A stretch of DNA of 64,000 bases from an uncultured SAR86 cluster bacterium (GTDB lineage: Bacteria; Pseudomonadota; Gammaproteobacteria; Magnimaribacterales; D2472), in contig CABWYS010000004.1 in assembly GCA_902509555.1 (NCBI GenBank), forward strand, positions 1,771-65,770, in the 5' to 3' direction. A model generated the notes under the pieces. The model did no database searches and was not told the DNA's origin. It saw only the letters and a program-made list of their open reading frames with translations. Made by a program: the position numbers and the translations under genes. Positions 33,068 through 42,711 of the stretch are shown in pieces. The first letter of the stretch is position 1, and each line of letters opens with the position of its first letter.

Positions 33068-33968
33068 TTTTTTTGTGGGCGCGCGGGTGAGAATTTTCAT
33101 ATACCTTTATTAGATGTTGATAATCAAGCCTAGTATATATTTGAGTGGTCGATAAAGAACTATGTCCTAGTAATTCTTGGATACTTCTTAGATCTCCGCT
33201 TGATTCAAGCAAATGAGTTGCAAAACTATGCCTCAACATGTGAGGGTTTACAGGTGGTAACCCTTGCACAAGAGCAATATTTTTAATTCTTTCTTGTACA
33301 CTTCTTGTGGTGATTCGGCTGCCTCTCAAGTTAACAAATAAAGCATCATCTCTTGTTAAAAGTTTCTCTCTCTCAATAATCCAATCGTTAATAGCGCTTT
33401 TTGCATAACGTCCAACCGGCACCAGTCTAGTCTTCGAGCCCTTGCCCAGGACTCGTAAAAATTTTTTATCCTCTTCGAAATCACTTAAATTTGAGTTCAC
33501 GGCCTCAGAAACTCGCAAGCCACTTGAATAAATAAGCTCAATAATTGCTAGATCTCTTTTTTCTTGAGAATTCTTAGGTTTGAAATTAAGCAACTGAGAT
33601 ACTTCTTCAGGCGATAAAATATTTGGTAAGTGGCTTGGAGATTTCGGCGAGTTAATTAATTCTAATGGCGAGTCTGATACCAGACTATTTTTTTTTAAAT
33701 AATTAAAGAACCCCTTGGCGGAAGATATATGTCTTTGAATGGAACGCGCGCTAACATTATTTTGAAAAAGGTCTGCAATCCAAGATGAACACATTTCCTC
33801 TGTGAGATTTTCAAAATCATTAATGTTAGAAGTTTCTAAAAATTTTGAAAACTTTTTTAAGTCTCTTTGATATGAATTAGTGGTGTTCTTGCTTAAGCCT
33901 TTAATATTTTCTAAAAAATCTAAATAATTAGAAATTAACGGTAAAAGAAAATATTTTTCTTCATTCAT
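33060..33968 (-). CDS. xerC: Tyrosine recombinase XerC
   Basis: SGLRVSE, HMLRHSFATH, LLGH, TTQIY; dapF-yigA-xerC-yigB order. Confidence 0.93.
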   Translation of the reverse strand: MNEEKYFLLPLISNYLDFLENIKGLSKNTTNSYQRDLKKFSKFLETSNINDFENLTEEMCSSWIADLFQNNVSARSIQRHISSAKGFFNYLKKNSLVSDSPLELINSPKSPSHLPNILSPEEVSQLLNFKPKNSQEKRDLAIIELIYSSGLRVSEAVNSNLSDFEEDKKFLRVLGKGSKTRLVPVGRYAKSAINDWIIEREKLLTRDDALFVNLRGSRITTRSVQERIKNIALVQGLPPVNPHMLRHSFATHLLESSGDLRSIQELLGHSSLSTTQIYTRLDYQHLIKVYENSHPRAHKKNV

Positions 33969-34594
33969 GCCTCTTTTGATGCAAGCACTCTAACAATAAT
34001 ATCGCGAATATACTCTATAAATGTTGTATCTCCATCACCTAGGTATTTTGTAGGCTCATTAGACCCTATCTTCAGAAGACCAAAACCATTGTTTAATTTC
34101 ATTACGCTTATTACCGCAGATTTAACCGACTTACTAGAAAAGAAAGCAGCCATTTTTTCTTTGGATAAAGGCCCCATATGGATCGCGTCCTTATTCATAT
34201 TAAAACCAGTTTCATTTTCAAGCTCTTGTAATTCAGAGTCTGAGAGAATTTCTAAGATGCATGAATCAACCTCAAAGTTCTCTTCAAAGAACAGCTCAAC
34301 TGTTTTCTTTATCTCATCAAAATCTTTAGAGGTAATTAGCGATAGAGTTAAATTTTTAGACTTAAAGAAAAGCTCTTCATTTTCTTTTCCGGTTGAAACA
34401 AACCCTGAAAGCATCTCCATAAGCCTTGATTGCTCATCTCTTAGTTTTCGTACTTGCATTTCTAGCAGTGAAGTTGCCCCATCTGCATCATGCTTAAAGC
34501 TTAACTCGCTCACAAGAGATTCTCTAGAAAGAAAGAAATCAGTATTTTCTAATAAGTAAAGTTCAACCTCTTTAGCATCTATTTTTTTAGCCAT
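33965..34594 (-). CDS. DUF484 (YigA-like) protein
   Basis: YL.EN.DFF, SLLEMQV.KLR, T.FIEYI; between dapF and xerC. Confidence 0.88.
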   Translation of the reverse strand: MAKKIDAKEVELYLLENTDFFLSRESLVSELSFKHDADGATSLLEMQVRKLRDEQSRLMEMLSGFVSTGKENEELFFKSKNLTLSLITSKDFDEIKKTVELFFEENFEVDSCILEILSDSELQELENETGFNMNKDAIHMGPLSKEKMAAFFSSKSVKSAVISVMKLNNGFGLLKIGSNEPTKYLGDGDTTFIEYIRDIIVRVLASKEA

Positions 34595-35364
34595 GTTCCC
34601 TCGCAGATAAATTCAGCTGGCCCAGTCATCTCAAGCTTATCATTTATTTTTCTAAGACTCAGCTCGCCCCCAGCAGAAATAATTTTTATAGGCAATCTGT
34701 CATTGATATTAAAGCTAGCAGTTGCTGCAGCAGCCGAGCCACATGATAAGGTTTCTCCAGCTCCCGCTTCATTTGTTCTAAGCTCAAGATTTTTTTTATG
34801 CTTGGAAAATAAAGAAATATTCACGCCTGTAAAAAATTTTCTTTTCCTCAGCTTTGAAGAAAGCCCATCAAGGTCAAAAGAAAAAATTTTTTTTGTTTCA
34901 ATGATTAAATGCTGATTGCCAGCATTAATAAATTTATATTTTTTTAAACCACATTTACCTAAAAACTGTGCTTCTATTTTCGGAACTTTGTTTTGCAAAG
35001 GACAATCTAAGAGAATTTTTACTTTTTTAGTGCCCATTGGCTTAATTAATATAGGTTTTGATTTAGTGCCCAATAAGAGAGGTTTTTTTGGGGCAAGTCT
35101 AGCTTCCCAAAGAAACGCACCAACAGATCTTACTCCATTCATACACATGTCAGCCTCAGAACCATCTGAATTAAAAAATTTTACATAAAAATCATGCTTA
35201 GAATTTTTTGGAGGATTGATAGTAATCAGCTGATCAAATCCCAGGCCTTTTTTTCTATCTCCCATCTTGATTATTTGAGACTTTGATAACGCATGCATTT
35301 TGGTAAGATTCTCTATGACAATAAAGTCATTGCCATTCCCATGCATTTTTTTAAACTTGACCAT
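34579..35364 (-). CDS. dapF: Diaminopimelate epimerase (divergent)
   Basis: FKKMHG.GNDF, GFDQL, NSDGSEADMC, GETLSCGS, MTGPA; conserved gene position. Confidence 0.88.
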   Translation of the reverse strand: MVKFKKMHGNGNDFIVIENLTKMHALSKSQIIKMGDRKKGLGFDQLITINPPKNSKHDFYVKFFNSDGSEADMCMNGVRSVGAFLWEARLAPKKPLLLGTKSKPILIKPMGTKKVKILLDCPLQNKVPKIEAQFLGKCGLKKYKFINAGNQHLIIETKKIFSFDLDGLSSKLRKRKFFTGVNISLFSKHKKNLELRTNEAGAGETLSCGSAAAATASFNINDRLPIKIISAGGELSLRKINDKLEMTGPAEFICEGTWLKK

Positions 35365-36595
35365 CTAATCCCTCTTCAAGAGCAGTGAGAGATGAATAGT
35401 CCTCTCTTTTTCTAATCAAATAAAATTTATCTTTGTCGACAATAATTTCAGCAGCCCTAGGCCTCGAATTGTAGTTTGAGCTCATAACAAAACCATATGC
35501 ACCAACTGTCTTTACAGCCAAGAGATCTCCTTTGAGACTCTCGCTATCAATATTTGTTGCTAAAAAGTCTCCTGTTTCACAGATAGGACCCACAAGATTA
35601 ACAGCGGATTGCATGGCGCCATTATTTTTTGTTACAGGCCAAACATCATGATGAGCTTGATAGAGAGCAGGTCGCAATAAATCATTCATGGCAGCATCGG
35701 CAATAAGAAAATCATTTTTTTTGTATTCAACTTTGGTGAGCATGACTCCAGCATTAGCTGAAATAGACCGTCCTGGTTCAAGAATTAATCTTTCAGACCT
35801 TCCAGAAAATATTTTTTCATAACATTGAATTAATTCAATTGGTTGAACGGTTTCCTCTCCCACATAGCTAACACCTAGACCGCCACCCATGTCTATAAAA
35901 TCTAAATTAATATTTAATTTATCTAGTTCAACTAAAAGTTCCAAAGCTTGTTTAGCAGCTTGTTCAAAGGCATTGAGTTCCATAATTTGTGATCCAATGT
36001 GGCAAGTTAAACCTACAAGGTTAAGATTGCTGTTTTCACTGCAATTTTTTATTAGATCTTTTGCAGTTTCAATGCTCACACCAAATTTGTCAGATTTTCT
36101 GCCTGTTTTCGTAAATTCATGGACTCCTGCATCAACATTAGGATTAAACCTTATTGCCACAGGGGCTATTCTTTTCATTTCTGCAGCAACCATGCCAAGT
36201 TGATCAAGCTCTTGCTCAGACTCGATATTAAAAGAGAGAATATCATTTTCAATACCTGCCACCATTTCAGCCTTTGATTTCCCAACGCCTGAAAAAATAA
36301 TTTTCTTTGGATCTGCGCCAGCTAAAAGCGCCCTATGAAGTTCGCCACCAGAAACAATATCAAATCCGCAACCAGAATTCTTTAAGGTTTTTAAAATTGA
36401 AATATTTGATAATGCTTTTACTGAAAAACATACAAGTCCATCCATGGATTTAAAGGAATTTATGTATGCTTTAGCATGTCTTTCAAGAGTAGCTTTACTA
36501 TAAACAAAGGTTGGAGTCCCATATTTTTCTGCTACATCCTTTAACGAAACTTCTTCAGCAAACAGCTCGTTTTCTTTGTAATGAAAATGATCCAT
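35351..36595 (-). CDS. lysA: Diaminopimelate decarboxylase
   Basis: FSVKA (PLP lysine), HIGSQI, GGGLG, EPGRS, GPICETGD, MSSNYNSR. Confidence 0.97.
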   Translation of the reverse strand: MDHFHYKENELFAEEVSLKDVAEKYGTPTFVYSKATLERHAKAYINSFKSMDGLVCFSVKALSNISILKTLKNSGCGFDIVSGGELHRALLAGADPKKIIFSGVGKSKAEMVAGIENDILSFNIESEQELDQLGMVAAEMKRIAPVAIRFNPNVDAGVHEFTKTGRKSDKFGVSIETAKDLIKNCSENSNLNLVGLTCHIGSQIMELNAFEQAAKQALELLVELDKLNINLDFIDMGGGLGVSYVGEETVQPIELIQCYEKIFSGRSERLILEPGRSISANAGVMLTKVEYKKNDFLIADAAMNDLLRPALYQAHHDVWPVTKNNGAMQSAVNLVGPICETGDFLATNIDSESLKGDLLAVKTVGAYGFVMSSNYNSRPRAAEIIVDKDKFYLIRKREDYSSLTALEEGLDGQV

Positions 36596-36602
36596 AAAGG
36601 AA

Positions 36603-36704
36603 TTAAATATTAAAAAGAGTTTCAGATGGTATGGGCGCTTTCATCCCACAACCTATAACAAGAAAAGAAACTAGTACTAAAAGGAAGAATAGGCGGACTT
36701 TCAT
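36603..36704 (-). CDS. lptM: Small lipoprotein LptM/YifL/LppL-like (33 aa; not in ORF track)
   Basis: MKVRLFFLLVLVSFLVIG-CGMKAPIPSETLFNI*; lipobox followed by CG.K.P; position upstream of lysA-dapF. Confidence 0.75.
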   Translation of the reverse strand: MKVRLFFLLVLVSFLVIGCGMKAPIPSETLFNI

Positions 36705-36745
36705 CTACCTATTATGAGTAATTTATTAAAAAAAAACTAATAAGA

Positions 36746-38140
36746 CTAGTATTTGTACTCTTCTTCTTTAAACGGCCCATCAACAGGCACATTAATGTAT
36801 TCGGCTTGCTCACCTGTTAATTTTGTTATTGTGCCTCCAAAACCTTGAACCATAAGTTCAGCAACCTCTTCATCTAATTTCTTAGGAAGAACTTTAACGG
36901 TTAGCATTTCTTTCTTTTTGTCTGCATCATTAATATTTGCAAAGCCTTGCTCATACAAATACATCTGAGCCAAAACCTGATTCGCAAATGACCCGTCCAT
37001 AATTCTGCTCGGATGTCCGGTTGCATTACCAAGATTAACCAGCCTGCCCTCAGATAAAAGAATTATGTAGTTTTTACTTTGCAGATCAGGATTGTCTGAT
37101 GGGCCAGTATCTCTGAATATTCTATGAACCTGAGGTTTAATTTCTTCCCAATACCATTCATCTCGCATAAATTGAGTATCAATTTCATTATCAAAGTGAC
37201 CAATGTTACAAATCACCGCAGTATTTTTTACTGATCGCAGCATTGCCTCATCACAAACATTTACATTTCCAGTAGTTGTAACTATTAGATCAGTGTCTTC
37301 TAGAACCCTGAGATTAATATCTTTAGTATCTCGCGTTACAACACCACCATTATAAGTTGAAACAACCTCAAACCCGTCCATGCAGGCTTGCATTGCACAT
37401 ATAGGATCAGATTCAACCACTCTTACAATCATCCCTTCTTGCGCTAAACTCAAAGCAGAGCCTTTTCCAACATCACCATATCCAATAACCAAGGCCTTTT
37501 TTGAAGAAAGGAACATATCTGTTGCCCTTTTTATCCCATCATTGAGGCTGTGTCTGCATCCATATTTATTATCGTTTTTCGATTTAGTTACTGAGTCATT
37601 TACATTAATTGCTGGTACTTTAAGGCTATTACTCTCAAGCATTGCTTTTAGTCTATGAACTCCAGTAGTTGTTTCCTCTGATACGCCATGAATAGTATCG
37701 AGCATATCTGGAAATTTAGTATGAACCATATGCGTAAGATCACCGCCATCATCCAAAATCATATTTGCATCCCATGGCTGCTCATCTTTAAGTATTGTTT
37801 GTTCTATGCACCAATCAAACTCTTCATCTGTTTGTCCTTTCCATGCAAAAACAGGGATTCCAGCAGCAGCGATTGCTGCGGCTGCGTGATCTTGTGTTGA
37901 GAAAATATTGCACCCAGACCAGCGAACTTCTGCGCCTAGATCAACCAGGGTTTCAATTAAAACAGCCGTTTGTATAGTCATGTGAATACAGCCCATTACT
38001 TTTGCGCCTTTGAGAGGCTGAGCATCTTTGTATTTAGTTCTCAGAGCCATTAAAGCTGGCATTTCGTTCTCAGCTAAAGATATCTCTCTTCTGCCAAAAT
38101 TAGCAAGGCTCATATCAGCTACTTTATAATCATTTTCCAT
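36746..38140 (-). CDS. ahcY: Adenosylhomocysteinase
   Basis: [40 protein letters not shown]. Confidence 0.98.
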   Translation of the reverse strand: MENDYKVADMSLANFGRREISLAENEMPALMALRTKYKDAQPLKGAKVMGCIHMTIQTAVLIETLVDLGAEVRWSGCNIFSTQDHAAAAIAAAGIPVFAWKGQTDEEFDWCIEQTILKDEQPWDANMILDDGGDLTHMVHTKFPDMLDTIHGVSEETTTGVHRLKAMLESNSLKVPAINVNDSVTKSKNDNKYGCRHSLNDGIKRATDMFLSSKKALVIGYGDVGKGSALSLAQEGMIVRVVESDPICAMQACMDGFEVVSTYNGGVVTRDTKDINLRVLEDTDLIVTTTGNVNVCDEAMLRSVKNTAVICNIGHFDNEIDTQFMRDEWYWEEIKPQVHRIFRDTGPSDNPDLQSKNYIILLSEGRLVNLGNATGHPSRIMDGSFANQVLAQMYLYEQGFANINDADKKKEMLTVKVLPKKLDEEVAELMVQGFGGTITKLTGEQAEYINVPVDGPFKEEEYKY

Positions 38141-38218
38141 TATTGCTCCAGTAATTTTAAGTGTGCATTCTACCTAAAAAATAGGTACAGATGTGTGTTT
38201 ATATGGTGAAATCAAATA

Positions 38219-39373
38219 CTAACTTGAAATTTTATCTGCTTTATCTGTTTTTTCCCAAGTTAGATCAATATCAGATCTTCCAAAGTGCCCATAAGCAGCG
38301 GTTGGAAGATAAATAGGCCGCTTTAAATCAAGCATATTTATAAGGCTTTTTGGTCGCAAGTCAAACTCTTCCTCAACTATCTTTACAATGGACTCTTTAG
38401 ATATTTTTTCACTATTAAAAGTTTCAACGTGAATGGATGTTGGTTTTGCGACTCCAATAGCATATGAGACCTGAATCTCACAATAATCTGCAAGCCCTGC
38501 AGCAACAATATTTTTTGCCACATATCTGGATGCATATGCAGCAGACCTATCTACTTTTGATGGATCTTTTCCAGAAAAAGCACCCCCACCATGACGAGCC
38601 ATACCTCCATATGTGTCGACAATTATTTTTCTTCCCGTAAGACCACAATCGCCAACTGGACCACCTATAACAAACTTACCTGTTGGATTAATATAAATAT
38701 TTGTTGAATCAAGAATCCATTCCTCTGGGACAATAGGCTTAATAATTTTGTCCATTACCTCGGCTTTAATTTCTTCTTGAGTTACATCTTCATCATGCTG
38801 TGTTGAGAGAACAACAGCAGAGAGGCCCTCAATGGTTTTGCCATCATCAGAATAAATAACACTTACCTGACTCTTCGCATCAGGCCTCAACCACTTAATC
38901 TCCCCACTTTTCATAATATCAGCTTGTTTTTTAACCAATCTGTGAGAAAGATCTATTGGAAGCGGCATCAATGATTCTGTTTCCTTGCATGCATATCCGA
39001 ACATCAATCCTTGATCCCCAGCTCCTTGCTCAAGGTTTTCACCCTCACCCTCAGTGACGCCTTGGGATATATCAGGAGATTGCTCAAAAACAAGATTAGT
39101 AAACTCACAGGTATCACCATTAAATCCATACTCATCAGAGTTATAGCCAATATCATTAATTGTTTTTCTTACAATAGGCTCAAGATCTGGACTTCCTAAA
39201 GAAGTAATTTCTCCAGCTATGAAGACCATGTTATTTTTAATCATGGTTTCACATGCAACTCTGCTGTTAGGATCTTCAGTTAAATATGCATCTAATATTG
39301 CATCAGATATTTGATCGCAAACTTTATCGGGGTGACCACCAGAGACTGATTCAGATGTAAAGATATAGCTCAT
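38219..39373 (-). CDS. metK: S-adenosylmethionine synthetase
   Basis: [33 protein letters not shown]. Confidence 0.99.
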   Translation of the reverse strand: MSYIFTSESVSGGHPDKVCDQISDAILDAYLTEDPNSRVACETMIKNNMVFIAGEITSLGSPDLEPIVRKTINDIGYNSDEYGFNGDTCEFTNLVFEQSPDISQGVTEGEGENLEQGAGDQGLMFGYACKETESLMPLPIDLSHRLVKKQADIMKSGEIKWLRPDAKSQVSVIYSDDGKTIEGLSAVVLSTQHDEDVTQEEIKAEVMDKIIKPIVPEEWILDSTNIYINPTGKFVIGGPVGDCGLTGRKIIVDTYGGMARHGGGAFSGKDPSKVDRSAAYASRYVAKNIVAAGLADYCEIQVSYAIGVAKPTSIHVETFNSEKISKESIVKIVEEEFDLRPKSLINMLDLKRPIYLPTAAYGHFGRSDIDLTWEKTDKADKISS

Positions 39374-39423
39374 AATTTTTTTTAATAATTTAGCTTGATA
39401 ATTTAATTTTTTACCTAATTTAG

Positions 39424-39473
39424 GTGTCCTATTTAGCAGTTTAAGTATGCAAGCAGGAACAAATCACTTATTT
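39424..39473 (-). ncRNA. SAM-II (SAM-alpha) riboswitch aptamer
   Basis: Minus strand UAAGU-GAUUUG-UUCCU-GCUUGC-AU-ACUUA-AACU-GCUAAAU-AGGAC: P1 UAAGU/ACUUA, pseudoknot UCCU/AGGA, conserved GAUUU, UUGC and GCUAAA elements; upstream of metK. Confidence 0.85.
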
Positions 39474-39480
39474 GAATGAA

Positions 39481-39509
39481 ATATTAGTTCTTTTCCTAAA
39501 TAAACTCAA
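39481..39509 (-). promoter_or_regulatory. sigma70-type promoter for the riboswitch-metK transcript
   Basis: TTGAGT-17 bp-TAATAT; predicted start about 39473, at the 5' edge of the aptamer. Confidence 0.6.
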
Positions 39510-39573
39510 ATTTATCTATAAATAATTCTCACCTCATATTATGATGAACATGCCCTAAACTATTTGCAAAAAC

Positions 39574-41565
39574 ATGCACAAAGAACTTGCTAACGCTATT
39601 AGGTTTTTATCCATAGATGCTGTTCAAGCAGCTACATGTGGCCACCCTGGCATGCCGATGGGAATGGCTGATATCGCAGTGGCTTTATGGAAATACAACT
39701 TAAAACATAATCCACAGAATCCCCATTGGTTTAATCGAGATAGATTTGTTTTATCTAATGGCCATGGCTCAATGTTGCTCTACAGTTTGCTTCATTTAAC
39801 AGGATACAACTTAAGTATCGATGACTTAAAAAATTTTAGACAAATAGGCTCTAAAACTCCAGGTCATCCAGAGCTAGATTTAGACATAGGCGTAGAAACT
39901 ACAACCGGTCCTTTGGGTCAAGGAATAGGTAATGCGGTTGGCATGGCCTTAGCAGAAAAGATGCTTGCAAGTAAGTTCAATCAGGTTAATGGATTACAGC
40001 CAATCGATCATTATACCTACACATTTCTTGGTGATGGCTGCTTGATGGAGGGAATCTCTCATGAGGTTTGCTCTTTTGCGGGCACGCATGGTTTGGGCAA
40101 ACTTATTTGTTTTTATGACCAAAACGGAATCTCAATTGATGGGGAAATTGAAAACTGGTTCACAGATAATACTGGTCAAAGATTTGAAAGTTATAACTGG
40201 CAGGTGCTTGAAGTAGACGGTCACAATGTTGAGCAAATTTTAGAGGCTATAAAAAATGCTCAAGAAGAATCAAGTCGTCCAACCTTAATTTGTTGTAAGA
40301 CAGAAATTGGATTTGGATCACCAAATAAAGCAGGAACATCAGGTGTTCATGGATCTGCTTTAGGCGAAGAAGAAATTATTAAAACTAGAGATCAATTGGG
40401 TTGGCAGCATGAAGCTTTTGATATTCCTGCGGATATTAAATCTGAATGGGATGCCAAAGAGACCGGATTTAAGCATAATTCTGAATGGGATGAGCTGATG
40501 AATGAATATTCTAAAATGCATCCAGAGCTTTCCAATGAATTAGAACGATTAATTAACAACGAACTTCCCAGTGACTTTGAAAAACTTTATCAAGAATTTC
40601 TAGAAGGGTTAGTTTTAGGCTCTCAAAAAGATTTAGCAACCAGAAAAGCCTCTGAGATTTGCTTGAATTTCTTTTGCAAGCAATTGCCAGAGCTTATTGG
40701 TGGATCGGCTGATCTTACTGGATCAAATAATACTTATTCTTCAGCCAGCTCTGAAATGCTTCCCGATAATCCACAAGGAAACCATATATTTTATGGTGTT
40801 AGAGAATTTGGAATGACTGCCATGATGAATGGAATGTTGCTGCATGGTGGCCTAAAACCATATGGCGGTACATTTTTAGTATTTATGGATTACGCTAGGA
40901 ATGCAGTTCGTTTGGCTGCTCTCATGGAAATCCCAAATATTTTTGTCTATACCCATGATTCCATAGGCCTGGGAGAAGACGGCCCGACTCATCAACCTAT
41001 TGAGCATCTTGTCACCCTGAGGGCCACACCAAATTTAAATAACTGGAGACCAGCAGATATCATAGAGACTGCTGTAAGCTGGAAAGAGGCTATTACTTCC
41101 TCAGACACTCCTCACAGCTTAATTTTATCAAGGCAAAATCTTCCATTTGTTCAGAGAACAAAAGAGCAAATAAGCTTAATACAAAAAGGAGGCTATCTGC
41201 TCTCTCATGAAGAGGATGCAGATATTACACTGGTTGCATCAGGAAGCGAGGTGCAGTTAATTCTTTCGGCTGCTAAATCAATTCAAAATGATGGATTTAA
41301 AGTAAATATCGTATCTATTCCATGTCTTGATAAGTTCTACCTGCAAGATCAGACTTATAGAGATAGCGTTGTAGCTCCAGAGATACCAAAGTTAGTTGTT
41401 GAAGCCCTTCACCCAGATTCTTGGCATGGCTTAGTTAATCTCAATGATAAAATTATTGGAATGAAGACTTTTGGCGAGAGTGCTCCAGCAGGTGAGCTGA
41501 TGGTTAAATTTGGTTTTACAGAAGAAAACATAGTTGCCGAAGCCAAGAAACTGCTTGCAAAATGA
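39574..41565 (+). CDS. tkt: Transketolase
   Basis: GHPGMPMG, RDRFVLSNGH, GDGCLMEG, THDSIGLGEDGPTHQP. Confidence 0.98.
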   Translation: MHKELANAIRFLSIDAVQAATCGHPGMPMGMADIAVALWKYNLKHNPQNPHWFNRDRFVLSNGHGSMLLYSLLHLTGYNLSIDDLKNFRQIGSKTPGHPELDLDIGVETTTGPLGQGIGNAVGMALAEKMLASKFNQVNGLQPIDHYTYTFLGDGCLMEGISHEVCSFAGTHGLGKLICFYDQNGISIDGEIENWFTDNTGQRFESYNWQVLEVDGHNVEQILEAIKNAQEESSRPTLICCKTEIGFGSPNKAGTSGVHGSALGEEEIIKTRDQLGWQHEAFDIPADIKSEWDAKETGFKHNSEWDELMNEYSKMHPELSNELERLINNELPSDFEKLYQEFLEGLVLGSQKDLATRKASEICLNFFCKQLPELIGGSADLTGSNNTYSSASSEMLPDNPQGNHIFYGVREFGMTAMMNGMLLHGGLKPYGGTFLVFMDYARNAVRLAALMEIPNIFVYTHDSIGLGEDGPTHQPIEHLVTLRATPNLNNWRPADIIETAVSWKEAITSSDTPHSLILSRQNLPFVQRTKEQISLIQKGGYLLSHEEDADITLVASGSEVQLILSAAKSIQNDGFKVNIVSIPCLDKFYLQDQTYRDSVVAPEIPKLVVEALHPDSWHGLVNLNDKIIGMKTFGESAPAGELMVKFGFTEENIVAEAKKLLAK

Positions 41566-42698
41566 GGAAATTGGGCGATACAGATGTCTTAAATAAGACA
41601 GTTGCTCTTAGAGTTGATTTAAATGTTCCTGTAAAAGATGGTAATGTTTTGGATGATGCTAGGATACTTGCGATCATTCCAACCCTTCAATATCTTCAAA
41701 AACAAAATTCTAAAACAGTCTTGATTTCACATTTTGGAAGACCTGAGGCAGGAGTATTTGATTCAAAATTTTCATTATTGCCTGTAGCTAAAAGTCTTAG
41801 AGAAATTTTGAATCAAGAGATTCCATTGTTTACCTCAATAGATGAAGTAAATTTCAATGCAGATATCTCTCTTATTGAAAATATTAGATTTTTATCTGGA
41901 GAAATAACTAATGATTTAGATCTCTCAAAAAAATTGAGCGATCTAGCCGATGTATATGTTTTTGATGCATTTGGAACATCTCATCGCCCTCATGCATCAA
42001 CCTATGGAGCAATTCAAGCCGCCCATTCATCATGTGCTGGATTTTTATTGGAGGATGAAACTCATGCATTGAAGAAAGCGACAGACTCACAAGAGACGCC
42101 CACTCTTTCTATTGTTGGTGGTTCAAAGGTATCCTCAAAATTAGAAGTAATTAAAAGCCTTGTAAAAATCTCGGACGAAGTTCTGACCGGCGGGGGCATT
42201 ACCAACACCTTTTTAAAAGCGAAAGGAAACAATATAGGAATTTCACTTTGTGAAGACTCAATGCTAAGTCATGCTAAGGAACTTCTAGAGACAGAGAAAA
42301 TATTGCTGCCAAATGAAGTTGTGGTTAGCAAAAACATTGACTCAAACGAAACAAGGGTTTGTAAAATTGACTCTGTCCAAGATGATGAAATGATACTTGA
42401 TCAAATCCTTAGTTCAGCTGCAGCTGAAAAGATTTCTATTGCTAAAAAAATTATTTGGAATGGTCCTGTGGGAGTATTTGAGTATAAGCCTTTCTCAAAA
42501 GGAACCCAAGATCTCGCTGACGCAATTGCTTCATCACAAGCTTATAGTTTGGCTGGTGGAGGTGAGACTCTTTTAGCCATTAAGATGTTTATAGACAAAA
42601 GTAACATCTCATATTGCTCTACTGGCGGAGGCGCCTTCCTTGAATTTATGGAAGGAAAAGAGCTACCATCATTGACTGCCTTAGGATTTAAATTTTAA
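41562..42698 (+). CDS. pgk: Phosphoglycerate kinase
   Basis: RVDLNVP, SHFGRP, DAFGT.HR, GGSKVS.K, WNGPVGVFE, STGGGA. Confidence 0.97.
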   Translation: MRKLGDTDVLNKTVALRVDLNVPVKDGNVLDDARILAIIPTLQYLQKQNSKTVLISHFGRPEAGVFDSKFSLLPVAKSLREILNQEIPLFTSIDEVNFNADISLIENIRFLSGEITNDLDLSKKLSDLADVYVFDAFGTSHRPHASTYGAIQAAHSSCAGFLLEDETHALKKATDSQETPTLSIVGGSKVSSKLEVIKSLVKISDEVLTGGGITNTFLKAKGNNIGISLCEDSMLSHAKELLETEKILLPNEVVVSKNIDSNETRVCKIDSVQDDEMILDQILSSAAAEKISIAKKIIWNGPVGVFEYKPFSKGTQDLADAIASSQAYSLAGGGETLLAIKMFIDKSNISYCSTGGGAFLEFMEGKELPSLTALGFKF

Positions 42699-42711
42699 AA
42701 AGGAGAAAATT

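Noticed and set aside
33060-33968. Tyrosine recombinase as a phage or island integrase
   Set aside because: Lies in the conserved lysA-dapF-yigA-xerC-yigB operon; no att sites, tRNA or cargo genes
38141-38218. SAH riboswitch upstream of ahcY
   Set aside because: No GAGGAGCG/CGCUC core or pseudoknot visible
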